A stretch of DNA of 64,000 nucleotides. Source: Eledone cirrhosa (lineage: Eukaryota). The stretch covers positions 369,024,001 to 369,088,000 of the forward strand of contig OZ024743.1 in the NCBI GenBank assembly GCA_964016885.1, written 5' to 3'. The translations under genes were made by a program, and so were the position numbers. Each line of letters opens with the position of its first letter. Position 1 is the stretch's first letter. The notes under the pieces were generated by a model. That model was given only the letters and a program-made list of their open reading frames with translations, had not been told where the DNA came from and ran no database searches. Below are positions 63,613 through 64,000 of the stretch, in pieces.

Positions 63613-64000
63613 TGCTTAGTTTTGACTTAGCTATTCTACAATAAACAATATTCCAAACATGACCATCAATCATATCTTCTTTTTTTTAAACAGGTGTATA
63701 TCGAATCACATTGGTGCATTCATTTTTAAAACAGTAAGACAAATCATCAGACAGAAGTAGAGTTGACTGCTGTTTCTAGCATTTTGAGCTACCTGATAGA
63801 CACCTCCCTCATTGGTTCATAAGTCATAGTAGTTTTAGATCCATGATGTGAAATATGTCAGTTAGAATGTTCAGTTGTATTACACTAATAATGCCTCATG
63901 TTTAAAAGTCATAAAGCCAATTATTGTTTGGATGACCCGGAAAATAGTAATTTCACTGCTACATACTAATACTTAATTAGCTTTTTTCAATTTTTCAAGT

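Overview
AT-rich, microsatellite-rich eukaryotic DNA with a 200-N gap at 15959-16158. The repeat complement (CORE-like and Nin/Deu-like tRNA SINEs, RTE LINEs with (TGA)n or (GAA)n tails, many (TA)n runs) resembles an octopus/coleoid cephalopod genome; this is inferred. I found no convincing host protein-coding gene. Most of the window is decayed transposable elements: Penelope-like elements (GIY-YIG and RT remnants, inverted pseudo-LTRs), RTE-, CR1- and CRE-like LINEs, one Ty3/Gypsy-like element, one mariner, several MITEs, SINEs and satellites. The main signal missed by the ORF track is about 22 type-I hammerhead ribozyme motifs (stem I-CUGANGA-stem II-GAAA-short stem III-UH-stem I), about 16 with an intact core, from roughly ten sequence families. 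Most lie in small foldback or inverted-repeat elements embedded in (TA)n. All coordinates were read by eye and element ends are approximate.
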